Notes: generated from the sequence alone by a model not told the origin. DNA of 64,000 nt from Octopus vulgaris (GCA_951406725.2 OX597815.1:119660001-119724000), one strand, 5' to 3'. Positions 14,377 to 27,834 are shown, counted from the stretch's first letter. Numbers and translations are program-made.

Positions 14377-14579
14377 ATATATGTATTGACACACGCACAG
14401 TCATACAGATATGTATACGCAACTGTTAAAATTTAGCGGTAGTGGAATAACAAATTTGAAATTATTATTTGTCTATATATGTATATATAAATCATATATT
14501 ATATAAAAATTTTTTTGTTCAGAAAACTCCATGTATTTTCATAAAATACGAAAAGAGTTATTTTAACAGTGGAAAATGC

Positions 14580-14695
14580 CGTCTTTTGACGAAAAGATAG
14601 AATACAGAGGTGGCGGCTCTAGAGCAGCGGAGGAAGGAGGACAGACATACATATAGACGTAGAGCTGTGTATATGTGTACATATATATATAGTTA

Positions 14696-14733
<38 letters not shown>

Positions 14734-15000
14734 CTCACTACGTTTACTGACTATACTGTACAGCTATTCAGTACTAAATAAGACTTAGAATATAAGGTAA
14801 AGGCAGTGAGAGGAGACCAACTTTTATATTATAGTCTATCTTTCTTTCTGTCTCATTCACTCGACAGTCTTACCACTGCTTCCACCACCACTACCCTCCT
14901 TAAACGGACTTGTTCAGCCGACTACTCACGGAAACAAACGAATACTACCGAACATTCGGCCGGACAGATGGCTGCGTTGATAGTTTACTTTACCCCGGCT
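14580..15000 (-). promoter_or_regulatory. CpG-rich segment with two minus-strand donor sites (candidate alternative 5' exon end)
   Basis: TCC|GTGAGT at 14930/14929 and GTG|GTAAGA at 14874/14873; GC/CpG elevated over background. Confidence 0.3.
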
Positions 15001-16334
15001 AAACCTTTTTTTTTTTTCTCTTAAATTTTTATTTATTGTTTTTTTAATAAATCATCTTATAAACTTTTTCTTCTGTTTACAGAGTTTTCATATGTTTCTG
15101 ATGATAATGAAAAGAAAGAAATTTTATGTTTTACGTTTTGGTTTTTAAAATGAAACCCTTTCTAATGGTTTTTCTTATTTCAATTTGTCTTTCTTTCCTC
15201 ACCTTAGCAGAAAGAAAAGTTGCACTTGTTTTTGGTTTTCTTTTCTCTTTTCTGACTCACTTTAAATACGCAGCTCAGATCTAGTTTGTTTTTTTTTGTG
15301 GGGAGGGATTTTTATTTACTTTTTTATTCAACAATTAGTTTCTTTTTAAAATTTACTTTTATTTTAAACTCGGATTTAAATTTCTTTGGTAGAATTGTAA
15401 AATAATTGACAGATTAGTAAAAAAAATAAATGGTAATTTCATAAATAGAAAAAATTAAAAAACTTAGCGGTTCAGCAAATAAACTGATAGAATAAGAACC
15501 AGGCTTTAAAAATACTCAAATCGATTTTTACGACTGAAACCTTTCCAAGGTGGTGCCCCAGCATGACCAGAGCCAGTGACTAAAACAAGTAAAAAAGAAA
15601 AAGAAAAGAATAACACGCAAAAAAGTTCTGGTCAGCTTTAAAAAATAGGAATAAATAAAAATAAAAATGAAACAATCAGGGAATAATTGAAGGGTTACTG
15701 TGAGATGGGAGTGAGGGTTCTTCTAGACAGAAATATATTCTGACCAATGGCCTCACTTTAGATCAAGGACAGGTCTTCAGCCCTCCTCCACCCGCTTATA
15801 TTTTTATTATCACTTTTATTCTTGAAATATTTTTATTTTCATTAATTCCAAATATCATCACCAACCTAAATATTAACCATATATTTTTCTTTTCCTAGTT
15901 TTTCTTTTACTTTCTCTTTTTATTCAGATCCTTTATATTCATTTCCATTTCCCTTCCCCCTATCTTTATCTATCTATCTATTCATGCCTCCTCTCCATAA
16001 TTCTCTGACCTTTATCTACTCTCTTTTCCAATTATTCGTCCCTGTCCTCTTCTTCGTTCTGTCTTCCACATTGATTCATTGACTACTCTTCCCGTTTTCA
16101 TATTTTTATTTCTTTATCTTTCATTCGTTCATTCCTTTACTTCAAATTTTCCTCGTTCCATCCGTATTCCATACTTATTTTCTTTTTCTCATTTCATTCC
16201 TTCTCTCAATCTCTCGTTTTGATATTTTACTATTGCTTTTCTTCTTTTCTCCCTTTTATCTTATTTTCTTCTTTCGTTTTCTCTGTTGCATTTGACTTTT
16301 TACCTTTTCTTTATTTTTAATTTTTCATTCTATT

Positions 16335-17375
16335 AAATCCGCCCCTTCATTATTTGGCTTCTTCTCAATTCTTTCTCTCTCATTCTTATATATATATCTT
16401 TCTCTTTACCCATTTCCCCTCTCTCTCTACCTTTTGTCTTTTTCTCTCCGTGTATCTTTCTCTTACTCTTACTCTCACTTCCTCCCTTTTCCACAAGCAA
16501 CTCGTCTTTCTACTCTCACAAATATGTCTGACGTCACTGACAGGCAGTCATATTCACTTCCTTTATAATCAGGAATACGGACGAGTCTAAAATTAAAATA
16601 GGGACGTCAGTTCAACATTCACCTAAATATTTTAAATAGAAAATTAAAATTTTCTCAGAAAATGTAAATTCTTTAACAGTTAATATTACTAATAGAGAAA
16701 CAAAACTATAATCCATATATTTTAAGTTTTAATTATCTATGTAAAGGTCTTAAATTTCAAAAAACATAGCAGAAACATTTTTTACCTCTCATCCTGTCTA
16801 TTCCATTTTCTATCTTTTGTCACATTACTTCGACTATGTGGTCAAAGGTCATGCGATTTAAGCTATTGTTTATTACCACGTGCAATAGGCTAGTCGTATC
16901 ATTTATAAAAACAAGGAAATATTTCTACGAATGTGTTTTAAAATTTGTCTCCAAAAATATTATTAAAACTTGGTTCGTTGAAATTACAGAGAAAACCATT
17001 TGGGAATAAAATAATTTTCATTTCTGTAAAATAATTTTCTAGTTGTTTCAAGCAATATTACTTCGTTTCTGTCACTAACAAAGAAGCAATATTTTTCCTT
17101 TACTCAATGATAATAAATTTAGTGTTTATTTCTTCTTCCCTGTTGAAAAGAAAAACCATGGAATCTTAGAAGGATGTGAGAAAAGTGATGGAAAAATCTG
17201 AGTTGAAGATAGTAAGAGAATAGTGAGCGTGAGAAAGAAAAGCGGACAAATATAGCTGCAGTTATATTTGTATCAGATCGACGCAGCGGGATGTTTTCTC
17301 CTTGAAGGAAGGAAGAATTGATGGAAGAAAACATGAACACGTACAATTAGTACAGCGCTGAAAATTCGCGCCATA
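16335..17375. promoter_or_regulatory. Transcription-factor motif cluster
   Basis: CCGCCC 16339, CRE TGACGTCA 16529-16536, GACGTCA 16603, DR1-like TGGTCAAAGGTCA 16839-16851, E-box CACGTG 16877, E2F-like TTCGCGCC 17365-17372. Confidence 0.35.
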
Positions 17376-18388
17376 TCTTTTCTAACACCATACCGTTTGT
17401 TAATGTTATAAGAATCTGGTGGGTGGGTGGATGGGTTATTCAAACTTATTTTTCATTTCATATACCGATGGAATAATTTTATTAATTGTTAAACAATCCA
17501 TTATTATTGCCATTAATGTAGTGTCATAATTACTGCTTTGTTTTTTTTTTCTTATTCCTATTTTGTTACGCTGGTAAAGAACCTATTTGATTCCACACAT
17601 AATCTACAAACTACCAAATAACCTGTAATGTATTTCCTAGATGATGAGGAGACTAGCACTAGATTTGAAACCACGATCTTTTAAAATTTTTATATACATA
17701 TTTTTCCCAACAAGTTTGTAGGCTTACGCCTAAAAAATTCTGTTCATTTTCTTCTTTTTATTACGCGAAGAAATATATTTTCTCATGTTTAGATATTTTA
17801 ATTCCATCAGACTTACTGCTTAAAGTTTTAAGTGCTTTCATTCTAAAATTATAAAATATTGTTCTTGCTTTTGTTTTTCTTTTTTGTCACTTATTGAGAA
17901 AATAAAAGCTATACATTCGTCACACAAGTACTACACTTAATTCTGCATGAACTATGCAGTTTCAGCAGGAGGCATTGCAATGAATTAAGAGAACATCGGT
18001 GCAGGTATAGCTATGTGGTTATAATGTTCACTTTGTATTTATGTGATTCCGGGTTTGATTTCATAATGCAGCACTTTGGGCTATCGTCTTCTACAAGAAT
18101 TTCTTGTTTTTAAATGTCTTGTGTGTGAATATTTGATAAATTAAAATTGTACAGGCGCCTGTCATGACTGTATGTGTGTACATCGTATAAAGGTCTATAC
18201 GCGCGCGTACGTATGTATTTACACTTTCGTGTGCGTGTTTTTGTTCATTTTTATTCTATTTCCATACCCAAAGTTGTGCATGGATTTCTTTTTTCAAAAC
18301 AGCATTATTTTACTGCTCTTCCTGTCGCCAACTTAGCCTATTTTCAAATAAAAGGGTTTTCATATAAAAGGGTATATATATATATATG

Positions 18389-18428
<40 letters not shown>

Positions 18429-18581
18429 TGTATATATACATGTATATGGATACAGTTTGTGTATCAAATAGCTAACTTAAGGCGATGGCCTCATGGAGCT
18501 AATAAGCGGACAGCTTTTTTCTTATTTTTATAAGAATGCCATATTAGTATGGCGATAACTATTATTATATATATATATATT

Positions 18582-18619
<38 letters not shown>

Positions 18620-18809
18620 ACATATGTACATAGATACATGTTTATATCAAAGTGAATTGAACTGGTATATTTGAACAAATCCTCTGCAATTTTTCTATCC
18701 TACCAAGTTATTTCCCCTTACTTGTCCACTCCTTGTTTCATGAAATGGATGAAATATCATACAAAGTACCAGGGATTATATAATCTATCGAAGTTCATGT
18801 AGTAGTATT

Positions 18810-19385
18810 ATATTTGTGTGTGTGTGTGGTGCTTTGGTTTGTCCTCACTTTGGTAATCAGTGTTGGTTTCATTACATCCCTGTAACTAAGCAATTCAGCA
18901 AAAAAGGGACCAATAGAATTCTTTTATTCTTTTACCAGAGCACCGCCTTTAGTTGAACAAATCGACCCCAGGACTTATTCTTTGTAAGCCTAGTACATAT
19001 TCTATCGGTCTCTTTTGCCAAACTGCTAAGTTACAGAGACATAAACACACCAACATCGGTTGTCAAGTGATGGTGGGGAAACAAACACAGACACACAAAT
19101 ATATACATGTATATATATATAGGATGGGTTTCTTTCAGTTTCCATCTACTAAATCCACTCACAAGGCTTTGGTCGGCCTGAGACTCTAGTAGAAGACACT
19201 TGCCCAAGGTGCAACACAGTGGGGCTGAACCCAGAACCATGTAGTTTGGAAGCAAGCTTCTTACCACACAGCCAGTACAAAACTTTAAAAAAAATACTGG
19301 TGTCATTTTGTTTGAATTTGACAAAATCCTTCAAGGCTATGCCCCAGCATGGCTGCAAAGTAATGGTTGAAACAAATTAAAGGTA
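18810..19385. mobile_element. SINE A (minus, ~18920-19275) nested in an older plus-strand SINE A 3' half
   Basis: The plus-strand 3' half breaks after GGGACCAATAGAA and resumes near 19280 (ATACTGGTGTC...GCCCCAGCATGGC). Confidence 0.75.
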
Positions 19386-19712
19386 AATGATAACAGAAGC
19401 TATTCAATCAATTTTACAACTCTTCTTAAGTATGCAATAGACCAAAAAGTAATATAATATAAGACATAACATCTACCATTCTAAGAGTGAATATCTTGAT
19501 CATGAACTGGTAGAATTGGTTTGGGAAAATATTGATAGAATATTCAAATGTGTTTCTTCATTGGAAAAACTGTTTTTCATACTGGTGTTGTTCTATTTGG
19601 GTAGAATGAAGCAAACCATCATCTGGTGTGTGATAGAATTACAGATTGCCAGATACTGTTGCTGACCAACAGCCAATGGCTGATCATTCATAGCCAATAA
19701 TTATGACAAATA

Positions 19713-19927
19713 AGGCAGTATGCAGGCAGAATTGTTAGCCTACCAGACAAAATACATAGCGGCATTTCATCCAACTTTACATTGTAAGTTCAAATTTCAT
19801 TGAGGTCGACTTTGCCTTTCAACCTTTTGGGATCAATAAAATAAGTACCAGTTGAGCACTGGTGTCGATATAATTGACTAGTCCCCACCCCTGAACTTGC
19901 TGGCCTTGTGCCAAAATTTGAAACCAA
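19713..19927 (+). mobile_element. SINE family B (Nin-domain-like) with TSD
   Basis: GAGGTCGACTTTGCCTTTCAACCTTTTGGGATCAATAAAATAAGTACCAG core; flanked by CCAATAATTATGACAA / CCAATGATCATGACAA. Confidence 0.8.
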
Positions 19928-20444
19928 TGATCATGACAATCAACATCCTATATTTAGATCATAGTCCCTGATTCAGAATGAAATTTATTTATCTCCTATC
20001 ATTAACGAAGTTGTATCATTACCTTAGCGCTTCTTAATATATTTTTTTTCTTTCCTTTCTGATGGTCAGGTAAGATAATTGGGTTCCTCTTTTATTTTTC
20101 TCCCTTCAGGCATAGAAGTAATTTATCCTTAGTGAAATCAAAGAGTATAAATTAAAATTTACTTACAATTAAGTATTCTCTTCAAATGCATTGTAAATGT
20201 TTTCCATCATTAGCCTTTGTCTTTCTAGTGCCAGCCTCACTCCATGTGAACATACATTCCAAAATGGCACTCAGGTTACATATATGTGGTCTTTCCATGT
20301 AATTTCTGAATTAACATCTGTGAGTACACCATACCACAAACAACATTGTGCAAAAGAAAATCTCTCACTGTAGTGATTGACACCTTTATTGGGAGTTTAA
20401 TTCTTGATTCATTCATTTTTTTCAGATAATGAGGGGAAGTATGT

Positions 20445-20838
20445 TACTCTTTACTCTTTTACTTGTTTCAGTCATTTGACTGCGGCCATGCTGGAGCACC
20501 ACATTTAGTAGAGCAAATCGACCCCAGGACTTATTCTTTGTAAGCCTAGTACTTATTCTATCGGACTCTTTTGCCGAACTGCTAAGTTATGGGGATGTAA
20601 ACACACCAGTATCGGTTGTCAAGCGATGTTGGGGGGGGACAAACACATACATATATATATACATATACATATATACGACGTGCTTCTTTCAGTTTCCGTC
20701 TACCAAATCCATTCACAAGGCTTTGGTTGGCCTGAGGCTATAGTAGAAGATACTTGCCCAAGGTGCCATGCAGTGGAACTGAACCCGGAACCATGTGGTT
20801 GGTAAGCAAGCTACTTACCACACAGCCACTTCTGCTCC
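20445..20838 (-). mobile_element. SINE family A, full length
   Basis: Reverse complement of the 195-563 family. Confidence 0.9.
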
Positions 20839-22941
20839 TATTTTTTTTTTAAATGTCTTTTTTTTATTTATTAATATAAGTATGTGACTGAAGATGTATC
20901 ATTTATCTATTTGACTCTTTTGATCTTAACCCACCTGAGACTGTTGTTGGTTCTTTGATGAAAAATCTTTTCATTTAAAGTGATCCGAATTAACCTTTCA
21001 TCAAAATTTCATGTTAATGTATGTTCTAAACACCAGCTTAATAATGACAGTCATTTACTAAATTCCTTATTATTTCAAAAGTAATTGAAACAAAGGTTGT
21101 GTATTTTAAGAGAAATATAATAAAAGGGTTAATACTTGCTACTAGTTCCATATCCATGAACAAACCAATTTCTCTATATTGTACATCTTCAGTATGGAGA
21201 AATGGAATGGTAGATAGTCAAGTAATTGTCTTCATTTTAAATCAAGAAGAAAGAGATAGAGAGGGAAAGAAGGAAGTGAAAGAAAATATAGTCACTCATA
21301 GTTTTAGAAATAGGTAGAAACAATCCTGAATAAATCCAATTCATTTTGTGCCAAAGCAAAAGCAGTTAATTCAAGTTTTAATTCCAGAATGTTACAGAAA
21401 TTTCCATCATTAGCCTTATCTTTCTAGTGTCAATCACACAACTTGTATGTGTGTGTGTGTGTGTGTGTGCGTGCGTGTATGTGTGTAAATTCTAAAGAGG
21501 CAAGTGAGTTACTTGTGTTGTTTCTGGGCCAACATCTGTGAACACAGCACACTACAAACAACATTGTGTGAATATAAACTTCTCACTGTAGTGGTTGACA
21601 CATTTGTTTTTCTCTGTATAAGCAGTTTAATTATTGGTTCATTCGTTTTCATATACGGGAGTAAAAACATTGAAATTATTTCATCTCTCTTTTTTTTTTA
21701 TGTGTTTTACTCTTCTTTCTCTCAAAAGTACCATTATATAGATATGTGAATCAACATGGTGAATTCTTTATACATATAATATACATATAGATGAGTTGTA
21801 GTGCACCTGAGCACTGTACACAATTATTATTATTATTATTATTATTTTATAATATTTAATACTAATGTCAAAAAGTCTTTTGATATATATATCTGTACAA
21901 CATAGGGTTTTATTTATTTATTTATTTATTTCATTAGTCAATTTAAGTTAGAAACATTTGAATTTTTTCTGGCTTTATTTATTTTTTGATTCATGGTATT
22001 AACCTTTTTAATATCAACCCTCCTGACATGGCCCTTGGTTCTATGATACAAACTTTCTGTTTTAAAGTGATCTCAAAATATTCTATCCAAATTTCATGTT
22101 GATTTATAATCCAAACACCAGCTTAATATTAACAGAATTATTCTACAAAATTTTTCATTAGTTTCAAAATTAAACAAAGGTAATGTATTTAAATACAAAT
22201 ATAGTTAAATAGTTTAACATATTAGCTCTCAATTATATGTAGAAAGCATCCTTTAGAAATTCCTTAAATCAATTTTGTTTTAAATTGCTTAAGCAATATT
22301 TTTTACTCAAAATGTTTATTCTTTCAGTTATTCTAATATTTAGTTAATACAAGGAAAATAATGATTCACCAAGAAGGGCCAGTAAAACTGAAAGATGTCC
22401 AGCGGTGTTAATGTATATGCTAAAGATCAGACTCACAAACCACTGCATACTTCTACTTAATTTTAGGTCAATTTTGATTTTGGAATTGTCTCCCTTACTT
22501 TTTGATGACAAGAATTATCATTAGCATAAAATATTTTTCTTTTCATTATAGACATTTTTTTTTTAATAGCTTTATTTGAGTTATCCTCCATTTTAAATTT
22601 TTTAGAGTCATCAATAATTGACAAAAAATATAGGTAAACAGGATAAATGGAATAGATGAGAACTCAGAAATACTTATTCCTTAGTGTAAAAAACTGAACC
22701 CATTCAGCAAAATTTAAATATATTTCTTCGCCAGAGATGTTATCTTTCATGTTGGTGTTGTTCTGTTTGATTGGAACAAAACCAACATCTCATATGCATT
22801 AGATATATTCTAACACATAGCAAGATACCATCTTCAACCACCAACATAGCCAAAGGCTGATCATATGCAATAATGGTGACAAACAACTTCATACAATTGA
22901 TTCCTGATTCAAAATGAGGTTTATTTCTTTGCTTTTATTAA

Positions 22942-23163
22942 CCCTTTTGTTAACATATTTCAATTGAAACATTTTACCTTTGTTTCAATTAATTTTGAGA
23001 ATAACAAAGAATTTAGCAAAATAACTATCATTATTATACTGGTGTCTGGAATATAAATTGACATAAAATTTTGATGGAAGGTTTTAATTTAAAGCACTTT
23101 AAAATGGGAAGTTTTTATCATATTTACTAGGGGATGGACTCGGGTGGGTTAGTATCAAAAGGG
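22942..23163. mobile_element. piggyBac-like MITE family 2
   Basis: TTAA|CCCTTTTG...CAAAAGGG termini. Confidence 0.75.
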
Positions 23164-23342
23164 TGACACAGTACTGGTGTATCATCCACTCACCATATCA
23201 TTTCCTTTTCTTTTTTTCCTTTGTGTGTGTACAACATAGTTGTTTGCCCATTCTTTCCTTCTTCAAAACTAGAACTTGTTATAAAAAAACAAAAATCAAG
23301 TGAAAATTAAAATTCATTTAAAATATTAATTATTCTCTATCA

Positions 23343-23742
23343 TAGGCACAGGTGTGGTTGCCTGGTAAGAAGCTTGCTTCCAACCACATGGTTCCAAGTT
23401 CAGTTTCACTGCGTGGCACCTTGGCCAAGTGTCTTCTACTATAGCCTTGGACCAACCAAAGCCTTGTGAATGAATTTGGTAGACGAAAACTGAAAGAAGC
23501 CCATTGTATATATGTATATATGTGTGTGTGTCTGTGTTTGCTCCCCCACCCCACCCCACCATCGCTTGACAACTGATGTTGGTGTATTTACATCCCCGTA
23601 ACTTGGCAGTTCAGCAAAAAAAAAACAATTGAATAAGTACTAAGCTTACAAAGAATAAGTTCTGGGGTTGATTTGTTCGACTAATGGCAGTGCTCCAGCA
23701 TGGCCACAGTCACATGACTGAAACAAGTAAAAGAATAAAAGA
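23343..23742 (+). mobile_element. SINE family A, full length
   Basis: Head, internal microsatellite and tail all present. Confidence 0.9.
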
Positions 23743-24212
23743 ATATGTTTGCAAAGAATTCTTTTCACCATCTTCAAATGTACTTTGATGTCATCATCAG
23801 CATCATCATCATCATCATTATCACCACCACCACCACCACCATTATCATTTTCATGTCCTCTTTTCCCATACCTGCATGGGTCAAATGGAATGCATTGAGG
23901 TAGATTTGCTATTGCCAGATGCTCTTCCTGCTGCCTACCCTCACCTATTTTCATGTAAGATAATATTTTCCCATGACAAGACATGTTCTCAGAATACCAG
24001 ACATAAATGACACCACCTGTATGACAGTAACAATCGTTTTAAAACTGGAGACACAAACATACACCTACTCACTCACACACATGCACACACATGCACGCAC
24101 ACACACTCTCTCTCTCTCACACACATAGATACACATATGCACATGTGCATACGTACATACATACATACATACATACATACATACATACACACATACATAT
24201 TTAACACGCTTC

Positions 24213-24525
24213 CTATGTACCAATCTTGAGAAATTAGGTTTCTGAAAACCAGAAGGGAGAAAGCTGATTCAAAGACTACAGATCAAAGCCATCACTGGAA
24301 CTGTAAAAATGTGTAAAACTTACCAGAAGTTTATCATTTAAATATATATGAGCATGTCTAGGCATAAAACAAAATATACAAAGTTGCACATATACATACA
24401 TACATGCAAAAATACTCTGTTGATATTGTTGAAATTCCAGTGAAGGAGCCTTAGATCCAGATTAGAAACTGGCTCTTTCTCTATTGGCAAGAAATCTTGA
24501 AATAAAACTGAATAATGACATGCAT
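24213..24525 (+). mobile_element. 3' end of an R4/Dong-like non-LTR element
   Basis: Encodes TNLEKLGF...LQIKAITGTVKMCKTYQKFII* plus 3'UTR; inverted homologue of ~25340-25550. Confidence 0.7.
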
Positions 24526-24543
24526 AATTACATAAATACATAC

Positions 24544-24595
<52 letters not shown>

Positions 24596-25339
24596 ATATA
24601 TTAAACATATACTTTACGTAGTCGCTGGTTACCATTGGTTTCATTTTTTTTCCATCTAGTTTCAGCTCACAAGCTGTGGCCATGCTGGGGCACTGCCATT
24701 TCATGTTTATTATTACTCAAAAGCCAATGGTAATTTTTTGACCTGCTGTAACCAACGACTGTATAAAATATAACTGCTCATAAAAATTTTTAAGTGTGTA
24801 TGTTTCTTTTGGGAGTTTTGAAAAACTGGTTGATATCATCATCATCATCAGTGTTTAATGTCTGTTTTCCATATTGGATGGTTTGACAGGTGCTGTTCAG
24901 ACTCCAATTGTCTTTTGTGGCATGGTTTCTGGATGCTCTTCCTAACATCAACCACTTTACAGAGTGTGCTGGATGCATTTACACAGCACTGACACGAGGG
25001 CATTCTATGTGGCACCGCCCTGTAAAGGACAAGCCTATATGTACATATGACAATGATTTTATTTGTCTTGACATGTCTTCTCATGTACAGCAATTTGCCA
25101 CAATTCCTGGTTCCTTGTTATTTCTTCATATAGATATATGATGGGCATCCACTCACTTTCTGTTTACCAAATTCTCTCATAGGCATTGGTTGGCTTGGGG
25201 CTATATAAAAAGACACTTGCCCAAGGTGACACATGGTGGGACTGAATCCAGGACCATGTGGATGGGAAGCAAACTTTTTTCCACACAGTCACATCAGCAC
25301 TTTGATGTATGTATGTATGTATGTATGTATGTATGTATG

Positions 25340-25730
25340 TGTGTAGATTTGTATATTTTGTTTTATGTATATATTCTCATGCATACAGTTGCATATCTAG
25401 ACATGCTCATATATATTTAAATGATAAACTTCTGGAAAGTTTTACACATTTTTACAGTTCCTGTGATGGATTGGATCTGTAGTCTTCGAATTACCTTTCT
25501 CCTTTCTGGTTTTGAGAAACCTAATTTCTCAAGATTGGTATTTAGGCAATTTGTTACATATCCCAGGGCCCCAATAATTACAGGTATAAGTCTGAAATTG
25601 AAATCTGGATAGAGTAACTGCAGATTTGTCAATAGTTCAGCATAAGTGTTCTCTTTTTCACTGACATTCAGCTTTATGTTAACATCTGCTAGGCAGCTAA
25701 TTTCCACAACTGTGCACAGTTTCTCTTTGT
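25340..25730 (-). mobile_element. R4/Dong-like LINE restriction-like endonuclease fragment
   Basis: VVEISCLADVNIKLNVSEKENTYAELL...IPVIIGALG resembles the REL C-terminus (KxxKY...PVVIGALG); the ORF's N-terminal part is SINE-derived. Confidence 0.75.
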
Positions 25731-25740
25731 ATGTATGTAT

Positions 25741-26151
25741 ACTCTTTATTCTTTTACTTGTTTCAGCCATTTGACCGTGGCCATACTGGAGCACTGCCTT
25801 TAGTTGAGCAAATCGACCCCAGGAATTATTCTTTGAAAGCCTAGTACTTATTCTATCAGTCACTTTTGCTGAACTGCTAAGTTACAGGGATGTAAACACA
25901 CCACCATTGGTTGTCAAGCGATGGTGAGGGGACAAACACAGACGCACAAACATATACACACACATACATATATATATATACATACATACATATGATGGGC
26001 TTCTTTCAGTTTCCGTTTACTGGATCCACCCACAAGGCTTTGGTTGGCCCTAGGCTATAGCAGAAGATATTTGCCCAAGGCGTCACACAGTGGGACTGAA
26101 CCTGGAACCATATGGCTGGTAAGCAAGCTACTTACCACACATCCACTCCTG
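25741..26151 (-). mobile_element. SINE family A, full length
   Basis: Reverse complement of the family consensus. Confidence 0.9.
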
Positions 26152-26199
26152 CGTGTGTGTGTATGTTATTATCAATGCAGCAATGCAAGCAAAATAACT

Positions 26200-26810
26200 T
26201 CAGAAAAACAGTCTGTATATCTTACTTACTGTGGACATATAGGAAATCACAAAACTGCAGTTTTCACCTTGAGAAAGCTTCTCTTATAGATGTATATATA
26301 GCGCTAAACAGCACAGAAGGGTATCAATAGCTGATGGAAACCATCCAGCAGGGAATATGGAATTGCTGAACCATGATTTCTGTGTCCTTGCGCATCATCA
26401 GTAGCAAGTATCCAGCATCAACTGCATGCTTAGACAAATTTAGTTTGTTCTGATATAGGAAAACAATGATTAACACATCATTGATGTCAAAAATAGCTGG
26501 CAGACTGAGTAAAAATTCATTATTAATGACAGAAGCTGTTTTAGTTCAGAATAGTGTTCTGTGTGTCTTACGTAATGTGGATTTACTGTAAAAAGCCACA
26601 AAAGTGCAGTATTCATCTTGATGACATGCAAAGACAGAGAAATCATGATTTAGCAATTCCACCACTGCTGCTGTGCACTTTCTGTCTACTACTGATATAC
26701 TTCTGTGCTTTTTAGCACTATATGTCTGTATGAAAAATCTTTTTCAAGATTAATACTGCTGTTTGTGGATTTCTTGTAGTATATCCATATTAAGTAAGAA
26801 ATACAGAATG
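26200..26810. mobile_element. PLE-derived inverted-repeat unit with hammerhead-like motifs
   Basis: Arms ~26200-26410 and ~26610-26810 are diverged inverted copies; minus strand ttgcta-CTGATGA...GAAA-tcatgg-TTC-agcaa. Confidence 0.6.
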
Positions 26811-26884
26811 CTATACATACATACATTTACATATATATATATATATATATATATACATACACACACACACACATACATATATAT

Positions 26885-27690
26885 ATTGGGTTGGCAACTA
26901 AGTTCCCACCGTTTTTTTTAAATTTTGGAATTTATTGTGTTTTTAAATTTTGGAATCTATTTTTTTTTAATAATTTGGGAATCTATTTTGTTTTTGATTT
27001 CCAGTTAATTTTAGTTGATTTTTGTTTATTTTCAGACTATTAAAATGGAATGTCAAGTTAAGAAAAACAAGCATTTTTGACACCTCCTTCTTTTTGCTTT
27101 TAATCAAGGTTCTAAGGCCACAAGCTGCTCACGACATTTGTGCTGTGTATGGAGAGGGTGCCATAGCTGAAATAACCCCTTATAATTGGTATGCCAAGTT
27201 CAAAAATGGAAATTTTGACCTCAAAGATGCACCTCATTCAGGCTGTCCAGTTGAGTTCAATGAAGAGTGATTAAACCAACATTTGCATGAAAATTCTTGT
27301 CAAACAACAATGGAGTTGGCAGAGAAAATGGAATGCTCCTACACTGCTATAGAGAAGCATCTTCACTCGATGGGAAAGGTTCAGAAGTATGGAGCATGGG
27401 TTCCGCATGCTTTAAGTGACAACAACAAAAATCAACGAGCCACAATCTCCGCTTGCTTGCTCTTCACCACTCGACTCATGAACGCAAGCAACAATTTCTT
27501 TACTGAATCTTTACTGGCGATGAAAAATGGTGTCTGTACATAAATATGAAGCAGCGTTAGGAATGGCTTAGCCCTGGTAAACAAGCAACACTGCCCGTGA
27601 AAGAAGATCTTCATCCGTGTAAAACAATGTTGTGCATATGGTGGGACTGGGAAGGGATTATCCATTATGAATTGCTTGAATGAAACAACA
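26885..27690 (+). mobile_element. Mariner transposon relic, 5' half
   Basis: Left TIR TTGGGTTGGCAACTAAG; ATG at 27045; WVPHAL and TGDEKW motifs, MLCIWWD; stops and frameshifts; 3' truncated. Confidence 0.9.
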
Positions 27691-27794
27691 GACACATGAA
27701 CAAAAGACATATGCAAATATTTGTGTAAAATGTTAACTGAACCGATATTCTTTAGGAATAGTTTTAAACATGAGTAAGTAGTTCTGGGACACCT

Positions 27795-27834
<40 letters not shown>

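Noticed and set aside
17638-17680. Hammerhead-like ATGATGA...GAAACCACGATC (also ~47790-47835)
   Set aside because: Core and stems are too degenerate to call; at most eroded PLE remnants.
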